Source: Klebsormidium nitens (Eukaryota > Plantae > Klebsormidiophyceae). Taken from it: 64,000 nucleotides of DNA. The stretch is taken from the NCBI GenBank assembly GCA_000708835.1, contig DF236999.1, forward strand, positions 62,001 through 126,000. The letters run 5' to 3'. Position 1 is the first letter of the stretch. Each line of letters starts with the position of its first letter. The notes beneath the pieces are model-generated. The model ran no database searches and was not told the DNA's origin. It was given only the letters and a program-made list of their open reading frames with translations. Both the position numbers and the translations under genes were made by a program. Shown piece after piece: positions 25,028 through 36,964 of this stretch.

Positions 25028-26439
25028 TTAAACTGGTCTTCTAATTGATCCGGGTAGGCGCCTATCTTTAGCATGGACTATTCGGAACGGTTCATCGATT
25101 ACTTGCTTGACCCAGGGCGGCCGCAAACTAAAATACAGCTTGCCATCCCCCGGGGCACTGTTCCAATGCTCGGCTGCCTTTACCAGATGTAGGCGATCTA
25201 TTTCCCTGTTGCAAGTGACTAGGACATTCATGTACGCTGCTATACCATCTCGAATGTCCGCACTCTCTTCTCCGAACTGGACTAGGAGCAAATCCTCTGG
25301 GTTGAAGAAGCACTCCACCGAGCATTCCGGCCACTCATTGGAGACGATGTTCTTCACTTCTTCGAGGATCGTTGATGCTTCGTTCCTCGAAGGGACGCTG
25401 ATGGTCACCGTTTCTGCACATAAGCACACAGCCAGGTCGGTGTCACCTTGATCTAGCATGATCCATTAACAAGGTGCAGCATACTTCTACTGTGCATGAT
25501 CAGTTTACTCAGATTTCTACCAAGCTATAGCACTCATATACACAACTCGGCCAGCCAATCCGTTTCTTCCACGTGTTCATATGCACAACTCATGGTAAAA
25601 AGCGCCATATGTTTCCAGAGGACCCAGCCATACTACCTAGCTTGCTATACATGTGTTCTACACCTCAGACCAGAATGACGAGCTCAGCTGGACTTTTCTT
25701 AATCTGAAACTGGCCTGATCAGGAAAACACTGGAAGCTTGACACGTTCTGTCAACAATGTAGCTCTCGTCATTGTATTTGTGTACGTTCGACCATTGGGA
25801 AGAGCCATCTGTGGATCCTTTAGAAAGTTGTCAGTCAAGACCCAGCTGCTACTAGTTGCATGGATGAATTCAAACCCGGCGCTTACTCGAGGAGGGCACA
25901 AAAGGCCCAAACAGCTCCAACGAGCGCTTTGATCGCTCTTCCAGCTTGCTGACGTCATACTGGTCCACATATGCCTGCGCCTCCGGCTCCCCTTCCACAA
26001 AATGGTAGTCTGCGTACTTGGGCTTAAGCGATGCTTCCTTGGGAACAATGAACGGGGTGCGCCCCTCGAGCGCCGACGTTCTGTCCGACCGAGGTGGGCT
26101 GTCAAGGAACGGAGTCGGGATGTACTCAAAGTCCTGGAAAAGGCGCCCCTTGGCGGTGTACCCCTTGGCGGGCGATTTGCTGCGACCCGTGGAAGTGAAG
26201 GGCTGCTCCTGGAGGTCCCTGCGTGCGGCGGTGACCGAGTGGTCGTCGATCTTCTCCGGCAGCCTGCGCAGGTAGTTGTAGTTTCCAGAGTGGAACGTTT
26301 TGTGGATGTAGTCTGCGCCCTCGTTCACGTACTCGGGCAGCAGCCATGCGGCATTGGGCAGAGCATAGCGCGGCACAGTACGCGTCTTCTTCAGCTCGAT
26401 TGAGGGCTGATCGGCGGTGTGCCGATCGTCGGCGGCCAT
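25028..26439 (-). CDS. Protein of unknown function, about 312 aa, 2 exons
   Basis: Exon 26439-25887 (MAADDRHT...GRLFQDFEYIPTPF...LFGPFVPSS, donor GTAAGC, phase 1) joins exon 25413-25028 (acceptor TGTGCAG; KTVTISVP...NEWPEC...AYMNVLV...GDGKLYFSLRPPWVKQ...*). The joined 939 nt are open, with strong GC3 bias in exon 1. Confidence 0.75.
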
Positions 26440-27510
26440 GCTTGGGCTGCCTAGTTGAGCAAAGAGGCTATTGTCGTCATCTTACTTTAGAATCGCTGCA
26501 GCCTGGCGCGGGAATCCAATGCACTCGCCTTTTTGAAGGCGCTTCAACTTTTCTTAGCAGACGTTGCCAGTTCTATCGCTCAATGGGGCCACTGTGTGAT
26601 TGTGTTGTTGCCTTGCAACACAGCCTTCAGCGCTTCGCTAACGGCTGGGGCCAACATTCCTTGCCAAAAGGCAAGCGATTAACTTGTAAGACCTACTACA
26701 GACACTAGAAAAAGGTCCATAGATACGCAATAACGGCAAGGCAGTGGTGTGATTAGTGCCCACACCGACCGTAGGTCAGCCAGCAAGCCTGTACACAGTA
26801 CGTACCACTAGACACAATACAGAACTTCACATTGCTAAGCCCACCAGTCTTGTAGATGTTTTCGTGGTCATAGGACTCTCATTTGGCTCTGTCTTGTCCA
26901 AGGACCAGAACTCAGCCACTCTTGACTCGGTAGACAAAGCTACCAAGAGCAAGTTTGAGTACTGCTTGCAAACTTGAAAAGTCACCTTTGACCACGTCCG
27001 CCGAAAGAAGCCCTTACAAGACACCGTTATCTACGCGCGCGAAATGGCAAATGGAGCAATGTGATTGGTCACAACATGGGGCCGGAGGGATCATCCAGAT
27101 TCGTTCGTACGGATGATACTGATAGCCATCTAGAGTACGCGTCGTCCACAAGATAATTTCTTATTTACCGAATCAAGGACCAAGCGCATTTCTAGGCTCG
27201 GAATGTAGCAAACGGTCCCACCGTGACCTGGCAGCTTCTCGTGAGTAGCGGACAGGGTAATCCCTGTGTTTCATTTGCTCCAGCCTGTAGTTCCGAGTCA
27301 GTGTGGAAAGGCCGCCAATGAACGTCCAATCCTATCTGGTCACCTTCATTGGTGCAATGGAGCACGTCCTTCCAGCCAGCCATACTAGGTAGTATAGATC
27401 TGCCTTTTCAAATATGGAATGCGATTGCCGCGGCATGACTCTACTCGCTAGCTTGTGAAGACTCCCCCCACTTAACCAATCGATCAAAGGAGACGCAGTG
27501 ATTTGTGGCC

Positions 27511-30500
27511 ATGGCCGACCAAACAGGAACATTGGGTCAGCTGGCCCACGAAGGAGGGATTGATACTGCGCAGAAGACGCAGATTCAAAGGAGTATGCAG
27601 AGCACTTCAGTAGAAAGTATTGTCCGACCTTCGCTCAGGAGGAGGCAGAGCACCATTCTCAGAGACGCAAGAGACAAGGTAACATACCCGCTTTCAGTGT
27701 CATGACACTACGCAAAAGAGCGAGCCACATGCCGCCAGCACATAACTGGAAAAAGAGGACTGAAAAGCTGATATGCTTTGACATCAAGGCAATGATCGCA
27801 CTACCAATCCAATCAACACTAAGTTGCTACTTCACCTGCATCCACTTGATTGGTAATGCTAGTGAGTCGCTTATGACGCCATCTGGCCCATGAGCCTCTC
27901 ATGTGATGACTGTTGTGACCAGCCTTCTCTCTGCTTGTGTAGCTCATGTCCTTTGTCAGCTCAGCCAACAAGATCTCAGCAGATCGAGATGGTTTCAAAG
28001 ATGGCACTTACCTCAACGGGGTCCTCAACCCCTACTCAAAGTTTGTACAGAGATGGAACAAGGTGAGCATTCAGAGCTGTGCTCTTTTGAACTACTGCCA
28101 CTTGAGTGCACACAATTGCAGCTAACATCACCCTACGATACCCACCTATCATAGGATTGCTCACTCAGCATTGCCTGTGCTGGATGTTTGAAGTTAAGTA
28201 CTGAAGCGAGACGCATGGTAGGTTTTCCTAGTATTGGGAAAGTAACACGAAAGTAATGTAACAGCATGTGAAACTACACCAAGGGTGGCTGGAGTGAGTA
28301 TGCCTAATGTTTAGCCATCGCTCATGAGATTCATCACGCATAGTATCTCTACCTTGCAGATCTTCTTCCTGTCGATGCTCATTGCGTTCGGCGTAGACCC
28401 ACTGGTAAGCCCCTTACGAAGGGAGCTCTTCCGAAGCACTGGGGTCTTATCAATGTGATACTTCGAAAGCCTGGCATTGCAAAAGTTTTGCTTAGCTGCA
28501 TGGCAAAATTTTGAAGACAGACATTCGATAATAAATGTGCGCTCATACTACGCGGTTCTATTATTCTCGTGGGTGACCTCTCAAATGTTGTTTCTCTGCA
28601 GTTCTTCTATACGCTGGTCGTTGATTCCGACAAGATCTGTACATACATCGACTTTCCTCTAGCACTGGTCCTGACCATAGTCCGATCACTGTGCGACTTT
28701 GTATATGCAATCCACATCGTTTTGCAATTCCGCATCGCTTTCGTCTCGACGGCAACCCGAAACGTAGGCAGAGGAGAACTAATCATAAGCAAGAAACTCA
28801 TTGCACAAAACTACTTGAAAGGACCTTTCAGCGGCGACCTTATTGCAGTTCTACCAATGCCTCAGGTGAGAATCGATAGACCACAGTTTCTTTGAGGAGC
28901 AAACGAACACGCCTCCTGATTGGTCGCATGTTCCGTCAACATTCATGTTAGATCTTTTGAAAGAAACCTAGAAAAGCACTTGTTTGGTGGCTCTCAGTTT
29001 GAGTAGAGCAATAAGACCCACTCTGTTCCAGCTGCCAAAGCATCCTTGATCACCTGTGACTGACGCCCTCTGTCCTGTTCCCACACAGCTGGCAATCTGG
29101 TGCATCATTCCCCACTTCTTGAAGACGGGCGACACTGCCAATATGGCCAAGGACTTGGTCCTTATCATAGCCCTTGTTCAGGTAAGAAGGAGGTAAGACA
29201 CGATGTTAAGTGGAGGTAATCCACAAGTGGCTTGGCCACCCGTAACGGTCGAAGGATATCTATTTTTTCACCTCGAAAGAAAGGTGCAACTCACAATACA
29301 AGCATTTGGCGGGAGGGAGGTATGAGAGGCTCAACTGACGAATTTTCGTTGATAATCACCGTCTGTGAAGATTGCATCCTCTTCGTCCCGTAACAGTTAT
29401 CTTGGCGAATTGTCTCACACTCTGTGGTCTTTCTGCTTTCAGTACGTGCCACGGGTGGTCTGGATCTTCTTTCACTACAGACGTATGAAGCGAGCAACGG
29501 GCATCGTGTTCGAGACGGCTTGGTCCGGGTTCGCTTTGAACGTGCTGGTGTACGTTCTCCTCAGCCACATCCTCGGGGCTTGTTGGTACCTCTTTGCAGT
29601 TCAACGAGTGGTAAGACCAACTTCATCACCTGCATAGAGCTTTCGTTCATTGGCGACCTATTGCCAAGAGGACTTTGCAAGCAGCTCGCCGTCGGCCTGA
29701 TCTGCAACTTTTCCTACGGAGTCTTACCAGTCGCGCTTCCTCTTCGACTTCGTGAAGATCGAGACAAAAGTAGTTCCATGTTCATCCAATCGCCCAATCC
29801 TCTCACCATTCCCTGTGAAGGGGGGACAAAACGGAGTGTTCAATCCTCCCTACCTGCAGGATCACTGCATTAGGGAAGCTTGTATGTCAGACAGCCCCAA
29901 GTGCTCAACCCACTATCTACACTGCAACAAGTGAGTCGCGGCTATCTCTTGACTGATCTCTAAAAAACATGTTAAACTCCCTTGAGATTGCGACCGTTCT
30001 AAGAATAAGGAAGGGTGTTCATCAGGAGACTTCGTGCAAGCGAAAAGATTTTCGATACCCTCATAAAAGTAAATATTGACAATATTTACTTAAACGTTGC
30101 GTCCTGAACTTTGTGCCAAATGCCCTCAGGATCCTCCCGCTGCACGTCAGCTAGATTCTTTTTACCGCCTTGCCTGCAGCAATGGCGTGGACGCAGACCT
30201 ACAAAGATCTATCTGGCTTGCAAGCAACTCATCCAACATCTCGTCAACATGTTTCGCACCTCTATCTTCCAATTCTTTCAATTACGGTGAGCATACAGGT
30301 ATCAGCAGGTCTTCAAATCTCTCTTGTCTTTCAAGGACGACAAAGAGGCTTAGCTGCTCCTAATGCTGTCTTTGCTACAAATAGGACTTTGTAGGGCTTC
30401 TGCAGGAACTCGAAATGTGATCGAATCCAACAGATTCTTCCATCTCTTTCTGCAGGCATCTACGTCAATGCCGTCGATCTGGTGACGGTAAGCGAAACGA

Positions 30501-33115
30501 CTGAATGACGCGGCGAGTAGGCAATTCCTTGTCTTCGTAAAACAGAGATTCATCTGCAGACATTATCTGAAGTAATAATTCCTTCGAAGCTGACAAGCAG
30601 CAACGGAATCACTTTGAAAACCCGACGCTTCATTAAGAAAATCCTGTCTTGCATCAAGATTGTTCGCTTTTCAGTTTCATGACTGTAAGAGGTCGCTCAA
30701 GAGGAGAGTTCTCCGCTGCAGGTCAGAAGAGTAACTCAAAAAGTCCTCTTCTCGTTCTTCTGGGGTCTACAAGCTTTGAGCACGACAGCGGATAACTTGG
30801 TTCCAAGCAAGTTTGAGGGCGAGGTAAGGGCTGCACTGAAAATCTCCTTCGAATCATCAAAGGGACTGCTGAACAAAGTGTGGTGCTACTTGATCCAATC
30901 CTTTGATCATCTCGAAGTTTCCGTGGCAGTGTACGAGCTTCTCGCAACTAAAGACTAACGGCTCATTTTTTCTTTTTCCAGGTTACATTCGTCGTGTTGA
31001 TCATCTTCGCAGGCCTCCTGCTCTTCTCGTTGCTCGTAGGCAATATGCAAACCTTTCTGCAGTCACTGGGTCGCAGAATGGAGGAATACAGAACCACGGT
31101 ACGTTCAAGGCCCGTCTGAGACCTTGCCTTTTTTGGTAACGTATAATCCGTAACTCCACAGGTCTGAACATTGCGAGATTCGGTGTCAGCAAGATCTGAT
31201 GTCAAAAGGAATCATTGAGGAGGGCTCCTCAGCTTCTTTGCGGACATCAGAGAAGACGATACGCTGTTCCTTTGTGCAGCGTCGGGATATGGAGGAGTGG
31301 ATGCTGCACCGAAGGCTTCCGGAAGATCTGCGAAAGCAGGTCACAGACTATCAAAGGTGAGCGCGCTGCAAGCTCGTCACCAATGTGCGGCTCTAAAAGG
31401 AGTACACGTGAACCAGCTCTACTGCTCCAGGTCATACACCGCGTCCAGGTCTCCACATTCTGATAGGCTATTGGTAGTTCCTAGCGAAGCGGCGTCCGCA
31501 GAACATTTCCGCTAACAAGCCCTGGCCGACACACCTAGAGTTGAACTTTTTGTTGCAGGCATCACTGGGCTGCTACTCGGGGAGTCGACGAAGACCAAAT
31601 GCTGCAGTCTCTGCCGGCAGATCTCAGGCGCGGCATCAAGTTCCACATGTGCATGAATTTGATCTGCAACGTAAGGTTCCGTCTTTCTCGGTACGCACTG
31701 GTTACGTGCCTTCTACGACATATTGCAAACTGGGTGTCGGTATTGCAAATCAAATTTCAAAGCTTGCGTTTCATCTGTATGGCGGCCTGGCAAAAGATAC
31801 TCCGCCTCGTCTGGCCATGACATTGCGCGACAGATGCCGTCTCCATGGAAGCAGGTATAAGATAAGGACTTCGAAGCATCTTCGGAAACTCTTCCCTTTT
31901 TCCCCAGCAGGTACCAATCTTCCTGGACCTGGACGTTCGCGTGAAGCAGGCCCTGTGCGACGTGCTCCACCAGCAGCTCTTCATCAAGGGCAGCTGCGTC
32001 ATGCGGGAAGGCGACCCCGTGCCTCACATGCTGTTCGTCATCCGGGGAGAGCTGGTGCGCTTCCGCAATGTTGACGGGAAGGAGCGAGGCAAAGTGGACC
32101 TCAACGGAAAGGGAGGCTTCTGCGGCGCGGAGCTCCTCCTGTTTCTGCTTCGAAACGAGGAAGATGCGCTGTAAGGAGCATGGCCTGCTCAAATTCGTCT
32201 TGTCCACTCGCGCCTGCCATCACCCTTTGCGTCGTCCTTTTCCCACCCCTCGACGATTTTATTTCTTTCCGCGCTGTCAGCGCATACAGTCCTCAGGTGA
32301 CTACAGTGCAAAGTCCTTGGAATGACGGCAAGAAATAAAGCTCTGACAAGTCATCAGTCAAGTACTCCTGCGATATTTGCAGGGAGGACATGCTCTCTGG
32401 TCGGCGGTACCCCGTTGCTCAAAACACCATCCGGTGCACAAAGGCAGTTGATGCCTTCTCACTCAGCGCCGACGACTTGGACATGGTGATCCGCCGCTTC
32501 AAGCTTCGAGAAGACGGAAAGCTGCTAGCTGCTGTCAAGTGAGTTGCCACGCTGTGTCGGTGGTTGCCCAAAGGTTGTAGGATAGAGTCAAAGTCAACGG
32601 TGAACTGCTGCATGCAACTTCAGTAAGTAGGTTCTTTTGAAAGTTTCCTGCGAATATACATCACTTCAAGCTAACCACCAGAATGTACGTCACGCCTGGC
32701 AATGACGCTTTGGGTCGAACATTGGTCGGCTTTCCTCTCTCGTCTCCTGATAAAGACGAAGCTCTGCGTCTCGATTTGAGGACTCAAAAAATTCAAAGAC
32801 TCAGATCGATCAAAATTGAGTCGCTTCAGACGGTAAGCAGCATGGAAGGGGATTTGCTGGCAGCCAAAGTGTGAGGGTGTTTTGATCCCCTCAAAAGTCT
32901 TTTCCGAAGCTGTTCTTTGAGCCACTGACCTTACAAACGTCATCTGCAGCCGCCAGCAGCGTGTGGAATGGGAGGCGGCAGCAAAAGCGGAAGCGCTTGA
33001 GCACGAGAAAAGCGAGAAGCTGAATACAGCGAAAGATTATTCAAGCGCTTCGCGGTCAGACTCCATTGCCGTTGAAATCGAAGGACCCTCTGGGAGGTCA
33101 ACCTTCCAACTTTAG
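27511..33115 (+). CDS. CNGC: Cyclic nucleotide-gated cation channel, plant type, closest in pore motif to group IV; about 685 aa, 16 exons; last exon(s) uncertain
   Basis: Exons 27511-27678, 27943-28062, 28360-28404, 28602-28865, 29089-29181, 29443-29610, 29860-29930, 30180-30286, 30456-30487, 30722-30823, 30982-31098, 31280-31356, 31559-31670, 31911-32170, 32383-32538, 32950-33115. Motifs VLNPYSKFVQRWNKIF, GVDPLFFY, ETAWSGFALN, SHILGACWYLF, FFWGLQALS, LLVGNMQTFLQS, WMLHRRLPEDLR, WAATRGVDE, REGDPVPHMLFVIRG, GFCGAELL. Confidence 0.92.
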
Positions 33116-34422
33116 TCGGAAATAGGAACTTAGAACGTGCTTGAGCGGGGGCTTGAGCGAAGTCGGCCGTCAATATCGTCATATAGACCCACATGCAACT
33201 CCGTCAAATTGAGACTTCCAAGGTACAGAAAACATCAGCTTTGAGTACTATGCCTACATACAAGTCAAAAGAACCAAAGTAGGCTGCTTTCAAGCGTTGA
33301 ACGACTCCACTCGAGACGGTTTTGATAAAGCGGAATCAACGATTAGATGCCCCTAGCAGGTGGAGGATCACTGGATGAAATCACCAGTGAATGCACGGAG
33401 AACACTCGTGTATAACGTAAAGTAGAAAATTTCTATAGCTTAATATTTAGAAAGCCTGGCAGGTTCGTCAATCCGAAAACACGAACTTCAAAAAGTGCAT
33501 GGATCGATCAAAATCCGATTGCACGGATTGTCGTTTGAAAGCTCAGGCATGTCACGCATCCTTAATTTCACTTACTGTCTGCACTTAAATATAATTCGAC
33601 AGGAAAGTTTAGTACACTCTGTATACCACAGAAGTCGAATTATGGATATAATCCAGTACATGCATTGCAGCGAGGACTTTTTCATGTTACTTCTATTTAT
33701 GATTGGAGAGAGCCCGCGCGCTGCTGTCTAAGCGGACGACTCGCAAGCCATGCCCACTGGTGCAATGACAGCATCATGGTTTAATTTTAAGGACTCAGGG
33801 CCATGCCAGCTCAGGCTCAGCTCTACTTCTAGCGGCTAGATATAGCTCTTGCAGAAACATGACTCGCATGGTGGATTAAGGAGGCATAAACATCTAGAAC
33901 GGCTAGCTAGCTTTATTCCTTAATGCAATATATGGCGTCTGGATTTTGAACTTTTGATGACATCAGAAAAGAGCCTGCAGACGCACGTACATGCAGATCC
34001 CGTTGCAGTAGCATTGAACCATCTGCACAGTGGGTTTGATAAGCGGTACTGCAGTATACATGAGCTGTCCATCCTTGATCTGACGCGTAAGTGCGCAGGC
34101 CCATATTCGTGATTGCCATCGGCACATGCGATATGAACAGTGGAGGGATGGGTCTCATGCAAGCTAACGTGACTCAAAGAAAGCTAGCTTTAGCGTCTCA
34201 ATGCGAGTGTCTCGATGCGAGTGTCTTGGTGCCAATAGGTGGTCATTTTGGCCGTCCAGCTTACCATACTTTCAGATGCACATTGGGGCCACTGTCAGTA
34301 ACAAAGGCTCTCAAAAGGCTTGAAAAATTCCTGCCTAGCTCCAGGTTACATAATGCCCTTAAAGTACGGTAACTTACGTTCCTCTTTTCTCGACATAGCT
34401 GATACTGGCCGGTGGGTTAGAA

Positions 34423-35144
34423 CTACTTTGACTTTGCGGTTGCCTCGGCATCCTTGTGGGGCGGCCTCTGCAAAAGAAAACTCTGCGTTTGGAGTTGTCT
34501 TCTCAGGAACAGATTCACTGTACCTTCAAGCTCACCTGTCCTTCGACAACTCTCATCATGCAGCTTCAGCAGAATTTCTTGTAGGGACTGAAAGAGCACA
34601 TAAAACACTATCCACTCGCCCTTGAATCAGGCGATTGCACTTGGTCACAGGTGCCACCCTTTTATGTGAATGAGACAACTGCAGATCCAACTGCAGCCTG
34701 ATTCTTCTGACACTCTCTGATGGAATGTTAGATGGACAAAACCGCTCAAGAAAGTCTGGCTTAGACTGCTTTTATTGCCAGTCTAGGTAACCCGCTTCAC
34801 AGGTTCAGTCCAGTTGCAGCCGACTTCTAGATCCTTTGGCGACACTTTGACATTGACATTTTGCTGAGCCACACCAATGGAACATACCTGATAGGCAATG
34901 TATGAACCAGCGACAATTGCAGTAACTGCTGCACCGAAGTAGACCAGCTGAAGCAGAAATGGACGCACTAGTCAGTACGAAAGCTTCACAGAAACTCATC
35001 ATCTAGGAGACGGGGCAATCTGCAAGGGAGAGAAACTGACTCCAGATGCCATGTTCCGCAACAGATACGTGTGCTCAATAGCAGATTCCTCAGTGCATTG
35101 GGGCGCACCGGTGCAGTAGCTAGGCTCCACTTGTAGAAGATCAT
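34423..35144 (-). CDS. Candidate single-pass membrane microprotein (about 46 aa), 3 exons; choice of 3' exon uncertain
   Basis: Exon 35144-35109 (MIFYKWSLATAP, donor GTGCGC), exon 34947-34888 (LVYFGAAVTAIVAGSYIAYQ, acceptor TTTCTGCTTCAG, donor GTATGT) and exon 34467-34423 (RPPHKDAEATAKSK*, acceptor TTTTCTTTTGCAG), all phase 0. TATA-like CTATAAAT upstream. Confidence 0.6.
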
Positions 35145-35527
35145 CCTTTCAGATAAAAGTTCCTTGACCACTTTTGCCTCTGATGAGATTTTGAGCAGCC
35201 AAGCGGCAGCTGTGTGCAGAACTCTAACCGCTCCTCAACAAAAAGGATACTTCTTATCTTTAGGCTCAAGCACTATTCTGATGTCTGCGAATTTTAGTGA
35301 GAACAGGCGTCCCTGCGGTATGCCCCCGGCGCCTTCAGCTAAAACTTTCAAGAGCCAGTTGAGACGTGTCCCTGCACAAATGAAGCGGTGGATTGTGGCT
35401 GCACACCACGTCAAATCTCCTCAGACTCAGAGTTGCTGCTAACTTCTTCTACTAAGGTTTCTCAAACTTCAAAGCTCCTCCCTTGCTCCTCCCTTCGTTT
35501 GCGCCATGCAAATGCCGCCAGCGCTAG

Positions 35528-35535
35528 ATTTATAG
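35528..35535 (-). promoter_or_regulatory. TATA-like box upstream of the microprotein candidate
   Basis: The minus strand reads CTATAAAT, immediately downstream of a CG-rich island and about 390 bp upstream of the ATG at 35144. Confidence 0.45.
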
Positions 35536-35574
35536 CCTTTACTTTAATGGGTAGTTGCTGGGCGTAATTAAAAC

Positions 35575-35950
35575 CCCCCGACGCGCGAGCGGAGGGCTTG
35601 CGCGCGGGGCCCGGGCGGCCACGCGCTTCATCTTAGCGCGGCCGCCGGCGGCCCGGGCGCGGCCGCCCAACTTAATTGAACGAGCGCGCGGCCGGCTCCG
35701 CGTGGTCACACGGTGGCGGCGCGCCCATGCCGCCCGCGCAGGGCCTCCGCTCGCCGAGGCGAGCCTAGCTGAGCATCACGGAGCCTCACATATGAGACTG
35801 CCTCGCTTCCGTCACGGTCCGTGGCGGGGGCCACTGACAGTTGAAACAGGCTAGCTCGGGCACTTGCCGTGATGTAAGCTGAGCCGCATGGCTGGCGCGG
35901 CGTGCGTGATGGAAGGGGGGCCGGGCCCGACCCCGCGCCCACGCGCCCAA
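35575..35950. promoter_or_regulatory. CG-dense island, probably a promoter
   Basis: Very high density of CGCG, GCGGCCGC and CCCGGG words with no convincing ORF, directly upstream of the TATA-like box. Confidence 0.5.
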
Positions 35951-36964
35951 ATGATTGTACCTCTAATAATCATTCATATCTCAAATACCGTAATACGAAT
36001 GTCGTGCATGAGCATTTCATGCATGGATGCGCACAAACTCATGCACTTTTGGTATCATTGCTATGCATCCGGCCGAATGAAGTTGCATGAGCCTCGCAAT
36101 TCGCGCCCGTGAGCCTAGTTGCTACCTGATAGTGCGCACCACACACATTTTTGAGTGCGCTCACATGGTATATACAACGTCAAGATTGAGCCTACAAGTT
36201 GCACGGCTGCAGGCCTTTACAATATCCATGTTCAACGGAAATGTCTCACATGCGTGACTAATGTACACTATCCGTTTGAAGCCATGGCTGTCTGACGTGT
36301 TGTGCATGTAATACTTGTGCAATTGGGGTTGCGCAACCTTTGCAGTGCAGTCACATGAACGAAGGCACGAAACGTATTGCGCAATCTACACATGACCGGC
36401 ATTTGAAACTTATACAAGTTGCGAATAGCGAAGCGCATCTTTGTGACACGAACCGCAACAATGTACGGGTTGACTCCAAGAAAAGAATACATAGATGATG
36501 TGGACGCAGTGTTCGACCAATATATCACATAAAACCTGGATCCTACAAGGCGCGATGGCGAAGCCAGATCGTCATCCCCTGAATACAATCATTGAAATCT
36601 TTGTTTCCGACAGATACCTACAACCATCCTCGTCGACGACGAGACACCAGCTTCTTGAGCGCCTGAAAACAAACTGGCCACATACCTGCATCTTGGAAGA
36701 AATCATGGCGTCAGATTTTCGTGCAAACGCAACCAGAAGAGACTCGCGTCACACCTGCATCTAGGAAGAAGCCATAATTTCAATATCTAAGCAAACGCAA
36801 CCACAACAAACAAAGAACCAAGCTACGTAAGCGCGGCACTCCACAATTCAGCTCAGCAACGGTTTTGGCTCAGATCCCTGGGTCCGCGGATGACGAACAG
36901 CTTTTGGACAGAATTCAGGGCAGAAAAACCAGGCTGAAACAGGGGCCGATGTCGAGACTCACAG

